A stretch of DNA of 32,000 bases from Candidatus Saccharimonadota bacterium. GTDB taxonomy: Bacteria > Pseudomonadota > Gammaproteobacteria > Enterobacterales > Enterobacteriaceae. Below, piece after piece: positions 20,829 to 30,935 of the stretch; the first letter of the stretch is position 1, and every line of letters begins with the position of its first letter. The position numbers and the translations under genes are program-made. Location: NCBI RefSeq assembly GCF_000973505.1, contig NZ_CP010048.1, positions 180,001 through 212,000 of the forward strand. Reading direction: 5' to 3'. The notes beneath the pieces are model-generated. The model was not told the origin of the DNA, ran no database searches, and worked only from the letters and a program-made list of their open reading frames with translations.

Positions 20829-22691
20829 ATGAAAAATATTCAATCGAATTTTAATGTTCCATTTGCTCCATTAAATAAAGAACAATGGGATATTTTTCAA
20901 AAATTAATTACTACTTTATCAATGTCGCAGAAAATATGGATGTCTGGATATTTATGTGGTATGTCGGTTAGTTGTACACAATCTGTTATGAATATTGTTG
21001 ATTGTAATCAACAAATTTTTGGAGATTCATCTTTTTCTCGTGGTATTACAATTTTATCCGCTTCTCAAACTGGCAATGCAAGAAAATTAGCAGGGGAGTT
21101 ATATCAATCTTTGTTAAATGAAGGATTTAATGTGAATTTGTTTAATGTAGGTGATTATAATATAAAAAAGATTGCTCAAGAAAAGTTGTTTTTTTTAATT
21201 ACTTCTACTTATGGAGAAGGGGAACCACCCGAAGAAGCAGTGATGTTATATAAGTATTTATTTTCTAAAAATGCTCCTAATATGAAAGACGTTTACTTTT
21301 CTGTATTTGGCATAGGTGATAGTTCATATTTGTATTTTTCGAAAGCTGCTAAAGATTTTGATAAACGGTTAGAAGAATTGGGTGCTTGTCGTATTTATGA
21401 ACGTATTGATGCGGATGTTGATTATTATCAAAAGGCATGTGATTGGCGTTGTAAAATTATTGATATACTGAAGAAACAGTTTATGGTTTTTTATGAAAAA
21501 ACATCGATGTTAAATAGTTTAAATAATAGTGAAAACCTTGTTAATATTAATAGAAATTCGTTTGAATATTCTAATGTGTATACCAGAGAATCTCCATTCT
21601 CTGCAAGTTTAATTTTACGTCAAAAAATTACGAGTCGTGATTCACTTAAAGATGTTTATCATTTAGAAATTAATTTATCTGGTTCCGGGTTATGTTATCA
21701 GCCAGGGGATGCATTAGGTGTTTGGTATGAAAATGATCCAGATTTAGTAGGTGAGTTATTAGGGTATTGTCATTTTACAGGAAATGAAGAGGTTAATATT
21801 CAGGATAATATATTGCCATGTAATTTGGCTTTACAAAAATACTGTGAATTAACGAATAATACGCCGTTGTTTGCAAAAAGTTATGCTAGATTAATTAGCA
21901 ATCAGAAGTTATTGTCTGAATTTTCTGATGAAAATAATTTCAAAAAGTTTATTTCATCAACTTCTATTGTTGATATGATACGTTTTTGGCCACCCAGAGG
22001 ATTAATACCTAGAGAACTAGTGTCGTTATTTCGTCCATTAGTACCCCGATTGTATTCTATTTCTTCATCACAAGATGAAGTAGGTGAGGAAGCTCATATT
22101 ACTGTGGGTATGGTTCGTTATAAATGTGATAATTTTATTCGTACTGGTGGTGCGAGTGGGTATTTGGTGGATCGATTATTAGAAGGTGGTGAATTACGAG
22201 TTTTTATTGTACCTAACGAAAATTTTCGTTTACCTGTAGATCATAGTAAGTCGATAATTATGGTTGCAGCAGGTACTGGTGTTGCACCATTTCGTGCTTT
22301 TGTTCAACAACGTTCTTCAGATTCTTCATCAGGAAAGAATTGGTTGTTTTTTGGAAATTTAAACTTTCTTAATGATTTTTTATACCAACGAGAATGGCAA
22401 AGATATGTTAAAGATGGTATATTAACCAACGTGCATACTGCTTGGTCTCGTGATCAAAATTGCAAAATTTATGTGCAAGATAAAATTTTAGAATATGGTT
22501 TGGAGGTATGGCAATGGATTAAGAGTGGAGCATATATTTATGTTTGTGGTGATGCATCTCGTATGGCGCATGGAGTAGAAGAAAGTTTAATTCAGTTGGC
22601 TGTTAAGTATGGTAATATGAGTATTGAAGAATCAGATTTATTTTGGGGAAATATGCGTATTGATCATCGTTATCAAAAGGACGTTTATTAA
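20829..22691 (+). CDS. cysJ: Sulfite reductase [NADPH] flavoprotein alpha component, 620 aa
   Basis: Flavodoxin-like FMN domain ([22 protein letters not shown]), FAD site RLYSISSS, and NADPH site [10 protein letters not shown] / YVCGDA. I prefer ATG 20829 ([19 protein letters not shown]...), which aligns with the E. coli N-terminus, over the track's GTG at 20769. Confidence 0.94.
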   Translation: MKNIQSNFNVPFAPLNKEQWDIFQKLITTLSMSQKIWMSGYLCGMSVSCTQSVMNIVDCNQQIFGDSSFSRGITILSASQTGNARKLAGELYQSLLNEGFNVNLFNVGDYNIKKIAQEKLFFLITSTYGEGEPPEEAVMLYKYLFSKNAPNMKDVYFSVFGIGDSSYLYFSKAAKDFDKRLEELGACRIYERIDADVDYYQKACDWRCKIIDILKKQFMVFYEKTSMLNSLNNSENLVNINRNSFEYSNVYTRESPFSASLILRQKITSRDSLKDVYHLEINLSGSGLCYQPGDALGVWYENDPDLVGELLGYCHFTGNEEVNIQDNILPCNLALQKYCELTNNTPLFAKSYARLISNQKLLSEFSDENNFKKFISSTSIVDMIRFWPPRGLIPRELVSLFRPLVPRLYSISSSQDEVGEEAHITVGMVRYKCDNFIRTGGASGYLVDRLLEGGELRVFIVPNENFRLPVDHSKSIIMVAAGTGVAPFRAFVQQRSSDSSSGKNWLFFGNLNFLNDFLYQREWQRYVKDGILTNVHTAWSRDQNCKIYVQDKILEYGLEVWQWIKSGAYIYVCGDASRMAHGVEESLIQLAVKYGNMSIEESDLFWGNMRIDHRYQKDVY

Positions 22692-24391
22692 TGGATAAAG
22701 ATAAAAAAAATAAACTATCTGATCATGAACGTTTGAAATCGGAAAGTAATTTTCTTCGTGGTACTATTGTGAAGGATTTGTCTAATGAATTAACTGGAGG
22801 TTTCACTGGAGATAATTTTCATTTGATTAGATTTCATGGAATGTATCAGCAAGATGATCGTGATCTTCGTACAGAGAGAATAAACCAAAAACTTGAGCCA
22901 TTGATTAGTATGATGTTGCGGTGTCGTTTGCCTGGAGGTGTTATTATGCCATCGCAATGGTTAGCTATTAATTCTTTTGTTTCCAAACATACTTTGTATG
23001 GTACCATGCGGCTTACGAGTCGTCAAACGTTGCAAATACATGGATTATTAAAACGTGATTTGAAAGATACACATCGTATATTACATCATATTGGTTTAGA
23101 TTCTATTGCTACAGCAGGTGATGTTAATCGAAATGTTATATGTACTTCAAATCCCATGGAATCTATTTTGCATCATTCGGTTATTGGGTGGGCCAAAAAG
23201 ATTTCAGAGCATTTTTTACCTAATACTCGTGCGTATGCGGAAATTTGGTTGGACGGTGAAAAAACTGAATCAACAGAGGAATGTGAACCGATATTAGGGG
23301 CGTCTTATTTACCCCGTAAATTTAAAATTGCTCTTGTAATTCCTCCTCTTAATGATGTAGATGCGTATGCTAATGATTTAAGTTTTGTTGCAATTAGCAT
23401 GAATAAACAGTTAGTTGGTTTTAATGTTTTGGTTGGTGGTGGCTTAGCTATGACATATGGTGATTCTACAACATATCCACGTATAGCTAGTGATTTTGGT
23501 TATATTGATGTTAATGATACTATAAAAGTTGCTGAAGCGATAGTGACGACACAACGTGATTTAGGAGATCGTTTAAATCGTAAACATGCTAAAACGAAAT
23601 ATACTTTAGTGAAAGTTGGTGTAGATGTATTTAAAAAAGAAGTAGAAAAAAGATCTGGAATAAAATTTTTTTCTACGCATCCTTATACGTTTTTAGAGCG
23701 AGGTGATCGTTTTGGATGGGTTAAAGGAATTGATGATCAGTGGCATTTTACTGTATTTATAGAAAATGGTCGTATTTTTGATACTGAGGGTTCTTTGTTA
23801 AAAACAGGTTTATCAGAAATTGCTTCTATTCATACAGGGTGTTTTCGTTTGACTGCAAACCAAAATTTAATTATTTCTAGTGTTCGAGAATCTGATAAAA
23901 TTTCTATTGAGTCTTTACTTGTAAAGTATAAATTAATTAATGAAAATATTAGTGTGCAGCGTAAATCTTCTATGGCTTGTGTGTCATTTCCTACGTGTCC
24001 GTTAGCTATGGCAGAATCTGAACGCTTTTTACCTAATTTTATTAGTAAAATTGAGAATATTATGTTTCGTTGTGGTTTAAGTAATGATTCGATTATTCTT
24101 CGGGTGACTGGATGCCCTAATGGTTGTGCTAGAGCTATGCTTGCGGAGATTGGTTTAGTCGGTAGGTCTGTTGGTTATTATAACATATATCTTGGTGGTA
24201 ATCGTATAGGGACACGTATTCCTCGTCTATATAAAGAGAATGTTACTGAAGAGGAAATTTTAAATATTCTTAATACAACTATTGTGCGTTGGTCAAACGA
24301 GAGACATCCTCAAGAATCTTATGGTGATTATGTGATACGTGTTGGTATTATTACTCCAGTTTTAAATTCTGAACATGATTTTTATGGATAA
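22691..24391 (+). CDS. cysI: Sulfite reductase [NADPH] hemoprotein beta component, 566 aa
   Basis: [14 protein letters not shown], and the siroheme/4Fe-4S cysteine clusters [16 protein letters not shown] and [11 protein letters not shown]. The start overlaps the cysJ stop in TAATG (1 nt overlap), which suggests translational coupling. Confidence 0.97.
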   Translation: MDKDKKNKLSDHERLKSESNFLRGTIVKDLSNELTGGFTGDNFHLIRFHGMYQQDDRDLRTERINQKLEPLISMMLRCRLPGGVIMPSQWLAINSFVSKHTLYGTMRLTSRQTLQIHGLLKRDLKDTHRILHHIGLDSIATAGDVNRNVICTSNPMESILHHSVIGWAKKISEHFLPNTRAYAEIWLDGEKTESTEECEPILGASYLPRKFKIALVIPPLNDVDAYANDLSFVAISMNKQLVGFNVLVGGGLAMTYGDSTTYPRIASDFGYIDVNDTIKVAEAIVTTQRDLGDRLNRKHAKTKYTLVKVGVDVFKKEVEKRSGIKFFSTHPYTFLERGDRFGWVKGIDDQWHFTVFIENGRIFDTEGSLLKTGLSEIASIHTGCFRLTANQNLIISSVRESDKISIESLLVKYKLINENISVQRKSSMACVSFPTCPLAMAESERFLPNFISKIENIMFRCGLSNDSIILRVTGCPNGCARAMLAEIGLVGRSVGYYNIYLGGNRIGTRIPRLYKENVTEEEILNILNTTIVRWSNERHPQESYGDYVIRVGIITPVLNSEHDFYG

Positions 24392-24416
24392 ACTATGGGA
24401 AATAATATGATGAAAG

Positions 24417-25151
24417 ATGTGTGATTTTAGTGAATTTGATGTATTGGAAATTGCTCAGCAGGAGTTATTATTACATCGGGTAAATCGAAAATTAAATGCT
24501 TTGACTGCTGAGGATAGAGTGGTATGGGGGTTAGAACATTTACCTCGCCAAGTTATTTTGTCTTCAAGTTTTGGTATTCAATCTGTAGTGAGTTTGCATT
24601 TGGTGACTCGTTATTGTTGTGATATTCCTGTTGTTTTTATTGATACTGGCTATTTGTTTCCTGAAACGTACCATTTTGTTGATCAATTGACTGACATTAT
24701 GAAATTAAATTTGCAAGTATTTTCTCCTTTGAGATCTGCTGCGTGGCAGGAAGCGCGTTATGGCAAGTTGTGGGAGCGTGGTTTAGAGGGAATTCAACAA
24801 TATAATTATTTTCATAAAATAGAACCTATGCGTCGTGCTCTTAAAATATTGAAAGTTCGTACATGGTTTGCTGGGTTGCGTCGTACTCAATCTCAAATTA
24901 GAAATAAAATGCAAATATTATCTGTACATCGGGGTGTGTTTAAATTGTTACCTGTTTTGGATTGGGATGATAAAAAAGTATTTGAATATATTGCAAGGTA
25001 TTCTTTATTGCGTCATCCATTGTGGGATAAGGGCTATACTTCATTAGGGGATGTGCATACTACTCTTAAATCTTGTGTTGATGTTGCTGAGAAAGATGTT
25101 CGATTTTTTGGTTTAACAAGAGAATGTGGTTTGCATGAAGAATACTTTTGA
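24417..25151 (+). CDS. cysH: Phosphoadenosine phosphosulfate (PAPS) reductase, 244 aa
   Basis: SSSFGIQSVVSLHL, DTGYLFPETYHF, and C-terminal redox motif RECGLHE. Same length as E. coli CysH. Lies 25 nt after cysI. Confidence 0.95.
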   Translation: MCDFSEFDVLEIAQQELLLHRVNRKLNALTAEDRVVWGLEHLPRQVILSSSFGIQSVVSLHLVTRYCCDIPVVFIDTGYLFPETYHFVDQLTDIMKLNLQVFSPLRSAAWQEARYGKLWERGLEGIQQYNYFHKIEPMRRALKILKVRTWFAGLRRTQSQIRNKMQILSVHRGVFKLLPVLDWDDKKVFEYIARYSLLRHPLWDKGYTSLGDVHTTLKSCVDVAEKDVRFFGLTRECGLHEEYF

Positions 25152-25704
25152 AACGGTATTTGTTTGTTGTGTGGATGACATACTTCTATTTATAATATTT
25201 AATATATTTTATAAATGTTGATATGTGTTAATGTTTTTTTTATAATATTCATTGAAAATTATATATTTCAGTGGTTTTGTATTGTATAATTTTAAAAATT
25301 AGTGTTTATATATTTAATATAATTGTATATTATCAAGTGTTGAATTTTTATTGTTAAAATAAGATCTTGATATATTTGTTTGAGATGTTATATATATTTT
25401 TTTATATGACAGGTATAAGTAATTTTTTAGAAATTATATAATTATAATGTTATTTTTGTTTTAAATATATATTATTAATATTATTAATTGGATTATTATA
25501 AAAGTTTTTATAATATTTTATAAATACAATTTAAAAAGTGTGTTTGTTGTTTTTTTAAGTGATTTAATTTAGAATTAATTAATATATTTAGAATATTAAA
25601 AATTCAAAATTTTTGTTTTTTTGTAAGTTTGATATTTAAGTTTAAAATCCGAATAGTGGTTATTAATATCTTGGATTGTTTTTGAAGTGTAGATAGGTTG
25701 TAGT

Positions 25705-27156
25705 GTGGAATATTTATTTTTGCTTTTTGATCTTAAGGATCGTTATGTTTTAGTGGTAGGTGGTGGAGATGTTGCTGCACGTAAAATTTGTCTTTTGAAA
25801 CGTGCTGGTGCTAGGATCAAAGTAGTGGCGTATTCATTATGTTCTGAACTAGAAGTAATACTGAAGAATATGTGCGATGTAACATGGATTGGCACAACAT
25901 TTACACCAAGTATGTTGGATGATGTATTTTTAGTGATTGTTGCTATTGATGATACATCTATTAGTGATTTTGTCTATCAATGTGCTGAAAGATGTCATAA
26001 ATTCATTAACGTGGTTGATGATCAGAGAAAATGTTCATTTATTTTTCCTGCTGTTATTGATCGGTCTCCTATTGTAGTGGGAATTTCTTCATGTGGTCGA
26101 TCGCCGGTATTGGTACGTATATTACGTGAAACACTGGAATCATTATTACCTAATTTTTTAGGTCCGATGGCGAGTTTGTTAGGTAATTGGCGTGAACGAG
26201 TGAAACATCGTATTTTACATATGGCGCAGCGTCGAAGATTTTGGGAGAAAATACTTCGTAATAATAGTTTTATTACATTAATCTCAGCAGGTTTGTTTAA
26301 GGAAGCGGAAAAATTTTTGGATAAGGCTTTGTTGTTTCATTGTAAGAGAGATACATTTGAGAAATTATCTATGGGTGGTGTGTCATTAGTGGGAGCTGGT
26401 CCAGGGGATAGTGGATTGTTTACTTTACGTGGGTTACAACTTGTACAGGAAGCAGATGTTGTGTTATATGATTGTTTGGTTAGTGTTGAAGTTCTTGATT
26501 TAGTACGTAGAGATGCCAAAAAGATATGTGTTGGAAAAAGAGGTGTAGGCAAGAGTTTCATGAAACAACAAGATATTAATCACTTATTAATATCGTTGGC
26601 TAAAGCAGGTAAAAGAGTTGTTAGATTAAAGGGCGGTGATCCTTGTATTTTTGGTCGAGGTGGTGAAGAATTAGAGGCAGTGGTTGCTGCTGGAGTGCCA
26701 TGCCAAGTAATTCCTGGTGTTACATCTGCGTCGGCTGCTATTTGTGCTGGAATTCCATTAACACATCGACATTATTCTCATAGTGTAACATTTATTACTG
26801 GTCATGTGTTTTGTAATAGTGCGTATAAACAAGCAGATTTTCATTTTTTGAGTTATACGAATCAAACTTTAGTGATTTATATGGGGATGATGTATGTTAA
26901 ACAGATTTATAATGTTTTAGTTGCTAGTGGATGTGATGTTAATACTCCAGTAGCTATTATTAGTCACGGTGCTTGTTCAAATCAAAAAGTGATCATTGGG
27001 ACATTGAATAATTTAAAACAGTTGGTTAGAATGGCCAATTCTCCATCATTGTTGATAATTGGTCGTGTTGTAGAGTTGCATCGCAAAGCATATTGGTTAA
27101 ATCAGGAAAACATAGTAAATAGATATAAATTAACTTCTTTAATTAATTTGTTTTAA
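25705..27156 (+). CDS. cysG: Siroheme synthase (uroporphyrinogen-III C-methyltransferase / precorrin-2 dehydrogenase / sirohydrochlorin ferrochelatase), 483 aa
   Basis: N-terminal NAD-binding [11 protein letters not shown] module plus C-terminal SUMT module ([24 protein letters not shown]). Collinear with E. coli CysG (457 aa). The GTG start at 25705 fits the ortholog alignment ([20 protein letters not shown] versus HLPIFCQLRDRDCLIVGGG). Confidence 0.93.
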   Translation: MEYLFLLFDLKDRYVLVVGGGDVAARKICLLKRAGARIKVVAYSLCSELEVILKNMCDVTWIGTTFTPSMLDDVFLVIVAIDDTSISDFVYQCAERCHKFINVVDDQRKCSFIFPAVIDRSPIVVGISSCGRSPVLVRILRETLESLLPNFLGPMASLLGNWRERVKHRILHMAQRRRFWEKILRNNSFITLISAGLFKEAEKFLDKALLFHCKRDTFEKLSMGGVSLVGAGPGDSGLFTLRGLQLVQEADVVLYDCLVSVEVLDLVRRDAKKICVGKRGVGKSFMKQQDINHLLISLAKAGKRVVRLKGGDPCIFGRGGEELEAVVAAGVPCQVIPGVTSASAAICAGIPLTHRHYSHSVTFITGHVFCNSAYKQADFHFLSYTNQTLVIYMGMMYVKQIYNVLVASGCDVNTPVAIISHGACSNQKVIIGTLNNLKQLVRMANSPSLLIIGRVVELHRKAYWLNQENIVNRYKLTSLINLF

Positions 27157-27167
27157 AGGTTGTATTT

Positions 27168-28082
27168 ATGAAGTATTGTGAAAAGCGTTCTAATTATTTG
27201 TATCGTTTAGAGTCAGAAAGTATTTATATTTTTAGAGAAGTGGTATCTGAATTTCATAATCCTGTTATGATGTATTCTGTTGGTAAAGATTCTTCTGTTA
27301 TGTTGCATTTGGCTAGGAAAGCATTTTATCCGAAACCAGTTCCTTTTTCTATATTACATATAGATACTGGATGGAAGTTTACTGAAATGTATCATTTTCG
27401 TGATTATATTGCTCAGACTTATGGTTTAAATTTGTTAATTTATAAAAATTCGGAAGAAAAAGCTGTACATACTAATCCTTTTTTACATGACGTTAGTGAG
27501 TATACTAATATTATGAAGACAGAAGCTTTGAAACAAGCGTTAAATAAATATAAATTTGATGCTGCAGTTGGTGGTGGTCGTCGTGATGAGGAACAATCTC
27601 GCGCCAAAGAGCGAATTTATTCTTTTCGTGATATCCAACATCGTTGGAATCCTAAAGATCAACGTCCGGAAATGTGGAATAATTATAATTCTCAGATTAA
27701 AAAAGGTGAAAGTATACGTGTTTTCCCATTGTCAAATTGGACGGAATTAGATGTTTGGCAGTATATTTTTTTAGAAAATATTGAGTTTGTTTCTTTATAT
27801 TTAGCTAAAAAACGTCCTGTAGTGCGCCGAAATGACATGTTAATTTTAGTAAATGATAATCGTTTTAATTTACAGTCTCATGAAGTTATTGAAGAACGCA
27901 TGGTTCGTTTTCGTACTTTAGGTTGTTGGCCATTAACTGGAGCAATAGAATCTGAGTCAGCAACATTGTTGGAGGTTATTCAGGAAATGTTTACTACTAC
28001 TACTAGTGAGCGTTGTGGACGGATAATTGATTTTGATCAGTCTGGATCTATGGAAATAAAAAAACGTCAAGGTTATTTTTAG
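27168..28082 (+). CDS. cysD: Sulfate adenylyltransferase subunit 2, 304 aa
   Basis: PP-loop [30 protein letters not shown], and C-terminal [12 protein letters not shown]. Starts 11 nt after the cysG stop, with AAAGG upstream. Confidence 0.97.
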   Translation: MKYCEKRSNYLYRLESESIYIFREVVSEFHNPVMMYSVGKDSSVMLHLARKAFYPKPVPFSILHIDTGWKFTEMYHFRDYIAQTYGLNLLIYKNSEEKAVHTNPFLHDVSEYTNIMKTEALKQALNKYKFDAAVGGGRRDEEQSRAKERIYSFRDIQHRWNPKDQRPEMWNNYNSQIKKGESIRVFPLSNWTELDVWQYIFLENIEFVSLYLAKKRPVVRRNDMLILVNDNRFNLQSHEVIEERMVRFRTLGCWPLTGAIESESATLLEVIQEMFTTTTSERCGRIIDFDQSGSMEIKKRQGYF

Positions 28083-28102
28083 ATTGTTGTTAGGGATAAA
28101 TC

Positions 28103-29545
28103 ATGAATGAGATAGCGGATGAAATTGTTCAGTCTGGAGGTATTGAAAATTATTTATATAAGCAACAGTGTAAATCTTTGTTGCGTTTTCTTACTTGTGG
28201 TAGTGTGGATGATGGTAAAAGTACATTAATTGGTCGATTATTGTATGATTCTTACCAGTTATATGATGATCAGTTGTTAGCATTACGCAATGATAGTAAA
28301 ACTGTTTTTCAGAGTAGTAATGATCAATTGAATTTTGCAGCGTTAGTAGATGGTTTGCACGATGAACGTGCACAGGGAATTACTATTGATGTTGCTTATC
28401 GTTATTTTTCTACTAAAAGTCGTAAATTTATTATTGCAGATACGCCTGGACATGAACAATATACTCGTAATATGGCCACTGGTGCTTCTACAAGTGATTT
28501 AGCTATTTTATTGCTTGATGCAAGAAAAGGTATTCGTGATCAAACTCGTCGTCATACTTTTATTAGTATATTATTTGGCATTAGGAATTTTATCATTGCG
28601 ATTAATAAGATGGATTTAGTGGATTATGATAAAAATGTTTTTGAGAATATCAGGAGAGATTATTTAGCATTTATTGAATCTTTTACAATGAAATTAAATA
28701 TTTATTTTATACCAATATCTGCGTTAGTTGGTGATAATATTATTCGTCGTTCTCAATATATGTCTTGGTATGGTGGTTCTACATTAATTCAATTATTAGA
28801 TACAATTGAAATTATGGAACCCATGTATCATAGTCAGTTTTTACGTTTTCCTGTACAATGTGTTAATTATGATCATATGGATTTTCGAGGGTATTCTGGT
28901 ACAGTAGCATCTGGTAGGTTGTGTGTTGGAAAGAAAATTAAGGTTTTTCCTTCTGGGGCGATTTCTGTAATTCGTAGAATTGTTACTTTTAGAAAGGATT
29001 TAGAAAATGCTGTTGCGGGAGATCCAGTCACCGTAGTTTTAGAGCATGATTTAGATATTAATAGGGGGGATATATTTCTGGATGTTGATGATAATATTTT
29101 ACCTGTCAATAGTGCTCAAGTTGATGTAGTTTGGATGAGTGTGCAGAATTTATCGAAAGGTATTATTTTTAATGTTCAAATTGCACATAAGCGAATTGGA
29201 ACGTGTGTAAAGCGTTTACATTATCAAATAGATATTAATAATTCCACCTATCTCATGGTGGATCATTTACCCTTAAATAGTATTGGTTTAGTAGATTTAG
29301 TATTTGATGAATCAATGATACTAGATCCATATTCTTATTCTCCGGTGACGGGTAGTATGATTTTTATTGATCCATATACCAATTGTACGATTGGGGCGGG
29401 TATGGTACGGTTGCCTTTGCACGGAATAGTAAAATCTGGTAAATATACCACATTTGAATTAGAATTACATGCGTTAATTCGTCGCCATTTCCCACATTGG
29501 GGGATGAATGATTTGTTAATGGAAAATTGTGATGTATCTTCGTAA
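28103..29545 (+). CDS. cysN: Sulfate adenylyltransferase subunit 1 (GTPase), 480 aa
   Basis: GTPase motifs GSVDDGKST (G1), DTPGHEQY (G3) and NKMD (G4). [22 protein letters not shown] is near-identical to E. coli CysN. Confidence 0.97.
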   Translation: MNEIADEIVQSGGIENYLYKQQCKSLLRFLTCGSVDDGKSTLIGRLLYDSYQLYDDQLLALRNDSKTVFQSSNDQLNFAALVDGLHDERAQGITIDVAYRYFSTKSRKFIIADTPGHEQYTRNMATGASTSDLAILLLDARKGIRDQTRRHTFISILFGIRNFIIAINKMDLVDYDKNVFENIRRDYLAFIESFTMKLNIYFIPISALVGDNIIRRSQYMSWYGGSTLIQLLDTIEIMEPMYHSQFLRFPVQCVNYDHMDFRGYSGTVASGRLCVGKKIKVFPSGAISVIRRIVTFRKDLENAVAGDPVTVVLEHDLDINRGDIFLDVDDNILPVNSAQVDVVWMSVQNLSKGIIFNVQIAHKRIGTCVKRLHYQIDINNSTYLMVDHLPLNSIGLVDLVFDESMILDPYSYSPVTGSMIFIDPYTNCTIGAGMVRLPLHGIVKSGKYTTFELELHALIRRHFPHWGMNDLLMENCDVSS

Positions 29546-30161
29546 GAAAAACAATTTATTAGGTGAACAAGTGATATGGCATAGTCATGTCATTAAAAAA
29601 AATGCTCGTGAGTATTTACATAAACATCGTGCTATGTTGTTATGGTTTACTGGTTTATCAGGTTCTGGTAAATCTACAATAGCTGGTGTGTTAGAAGAAG
29701 AATTATATTCTAGATCAATTAGTACATATTTGTTAGATGGCGATAATATTAGGCATGGGTTATGTTATGACTTAGGGTTTACTAATTTTGATCGTCATGA
29801 AAATTTACGGAGGGTTGGGGAGGTGGCTGCGTTGATGGTTGATGCAGGATTAGTAGTATTAGCGTCTTTTGTTTCTCCATATTGTTTTGATCGTCAAATG
29901 GTTAGAAGTATGGTTCCAGTTGGTTCTTTTGTTGAAATTTTTGTTGATACTCCATTGTCAATATGTAAAGCTCGGGATCCTAAAGGGTTATATAGGATGT
30001 CTGATGATGGTATGATTGAAAACTTTGTTGGGGTTCATGCGGTATACGAAAGACCAGTTTTTCCAGAGATTTATCTTGATGGTCGAAAATCAGTGAAATA
30101 TTTGATTAAGCAATTATTGGAAGCATTGATTTGTAGGATTGTGGTTAGTGGTGGTGTATAA
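29532..30161 (+). CDS. cysC: Adenylylsulfate (APS) kinase, 209 aa
   Basis: P-loop [42 protein letters not shown]. The start is either ATG 29532 or the adjacent GTG 29529. Either one overlaps the end of cysN (stop 29543-29545) by 14-17 nt. Confidence 0.94.
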   Translation: MYLRKKNNLLGEQVIWHSHVIKKNAREYLHKHRAMLLWFTGLSGSGKSTIAGVLEEELYSRSISTYLLDGDNIRHGLCYDLGFTNFDRHENLRRVGEVAALMVDAGLVVLASFVSPYCFDRQMVRSMVPVGSFVEIFVDTPLSICKARDPKGLYRMSDDGMIENFVGVHAVYERPVFPEIYLDGRKSVKYLIKQLLEALICRIVVSGGV

Positions 30162-30286
30162 TTTTGTTTATTTTATTTTATAATTGGTTGTCATTAAAAT
30201 ATATTTTCGAGTTGTATTGGTGTGTTTGTAAGTATCCGATTGTATTATTGATTGATAGTGTATGAATAAATTTTTTTATATTTAAT

Positions 30287-30580
30287 ATGAAATGTTTAGT
30301 GTTTACATTGATGGTTATATTATTTTGGTTGCAGTATGTTTTTTGGTTTGGTAAACATGGGGTATGTGACTTTTTTTGTATTAAAAATACTCTTAAAATT
30401 AAATTCTTTAATAATTCTAGATATGAATTAAAGATTCGTAATAGTCAGTTGTTGTTTGAAATTGATGATTTAATTAGTCATCGGAATGAATCAGTAGAGG
30501 AACGTGCTCGTCATGAATTAGGGATGATTAAATCAGATGAATGTTTTTATCGTTTGATTCCTCTTGATAGAGGGGAGTAG
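30287..30580 (+). CDS. ftsB: Cell division protein FtsB, 97 aa
   Basis: N-terminal TM segment followed by WLQYVFWFGKHG (E. coli WLQYSLWFGKNG). Coiled-coil region, then EERARHELGMIKSDECFYRLIP (E. coli [22 protein letters not shown]). Confidence 0.9.
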   Translation: MKCLVFTLMVILFWLQYVFWFGKHGVCDFFCIKNTLKIKFFNNSRYELKIRNSQLLFEIDDLISHRNESVEERARHELGMIKSDECFYRLIPLDRGE

Positions 30581-30935
30581 TATAATTGTATATATAAATG
30601 TTACAACATTGTTGTTTGTTTGTGTGTTAATAATTTTAATGATAGCAGATATTGGCAAATAATATTGATGTTGATGATGTGTAAACAGGATAGTTAATAA
30701 ATGTTAAATCACTTTTTGTCATTATGGAAAAAAGGATTTTTTGAATTTTTTAGGGTGGCTATTTTCATTTTGTGTATGATATAAGGATTATTTTGCAGGT
30801 TTAAAATTTTTTATTCTTTAGAATGATTATAAATTCTATATTGGTTGTTATGTCTTGCAATGCATTGGAGGTTAAGTTTATTGGATTGTTGTTCATATTG
30901 GCGAAAAATGTATAATTATGTGAGGAATAGTTTTT

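Noticed and set aside
25152-25704. Possible CRISPR or cas remnants, because this slot holds CRISPR-Cas in E. coli K-12
   Set aside because: There are no regularly spaced repeats and nothing resembling the GC-rich type I-E repeat. The repeated 13-mer ATATTTTATAAAT (about 25210 and 25513) is expected by chance in DNA that is roughly 90% A+T.
30701-30784. A 27-codon ATG ORF (MLNHFLSLWKKGFFEFFRVAIFILCMI) in the ftsB-nlpD spacer
   Set aside because: It has no SD, and I can see no resemblance to IspD, IspF, TruD, SurE or Pcm. Its size and composition are consistent with chance.
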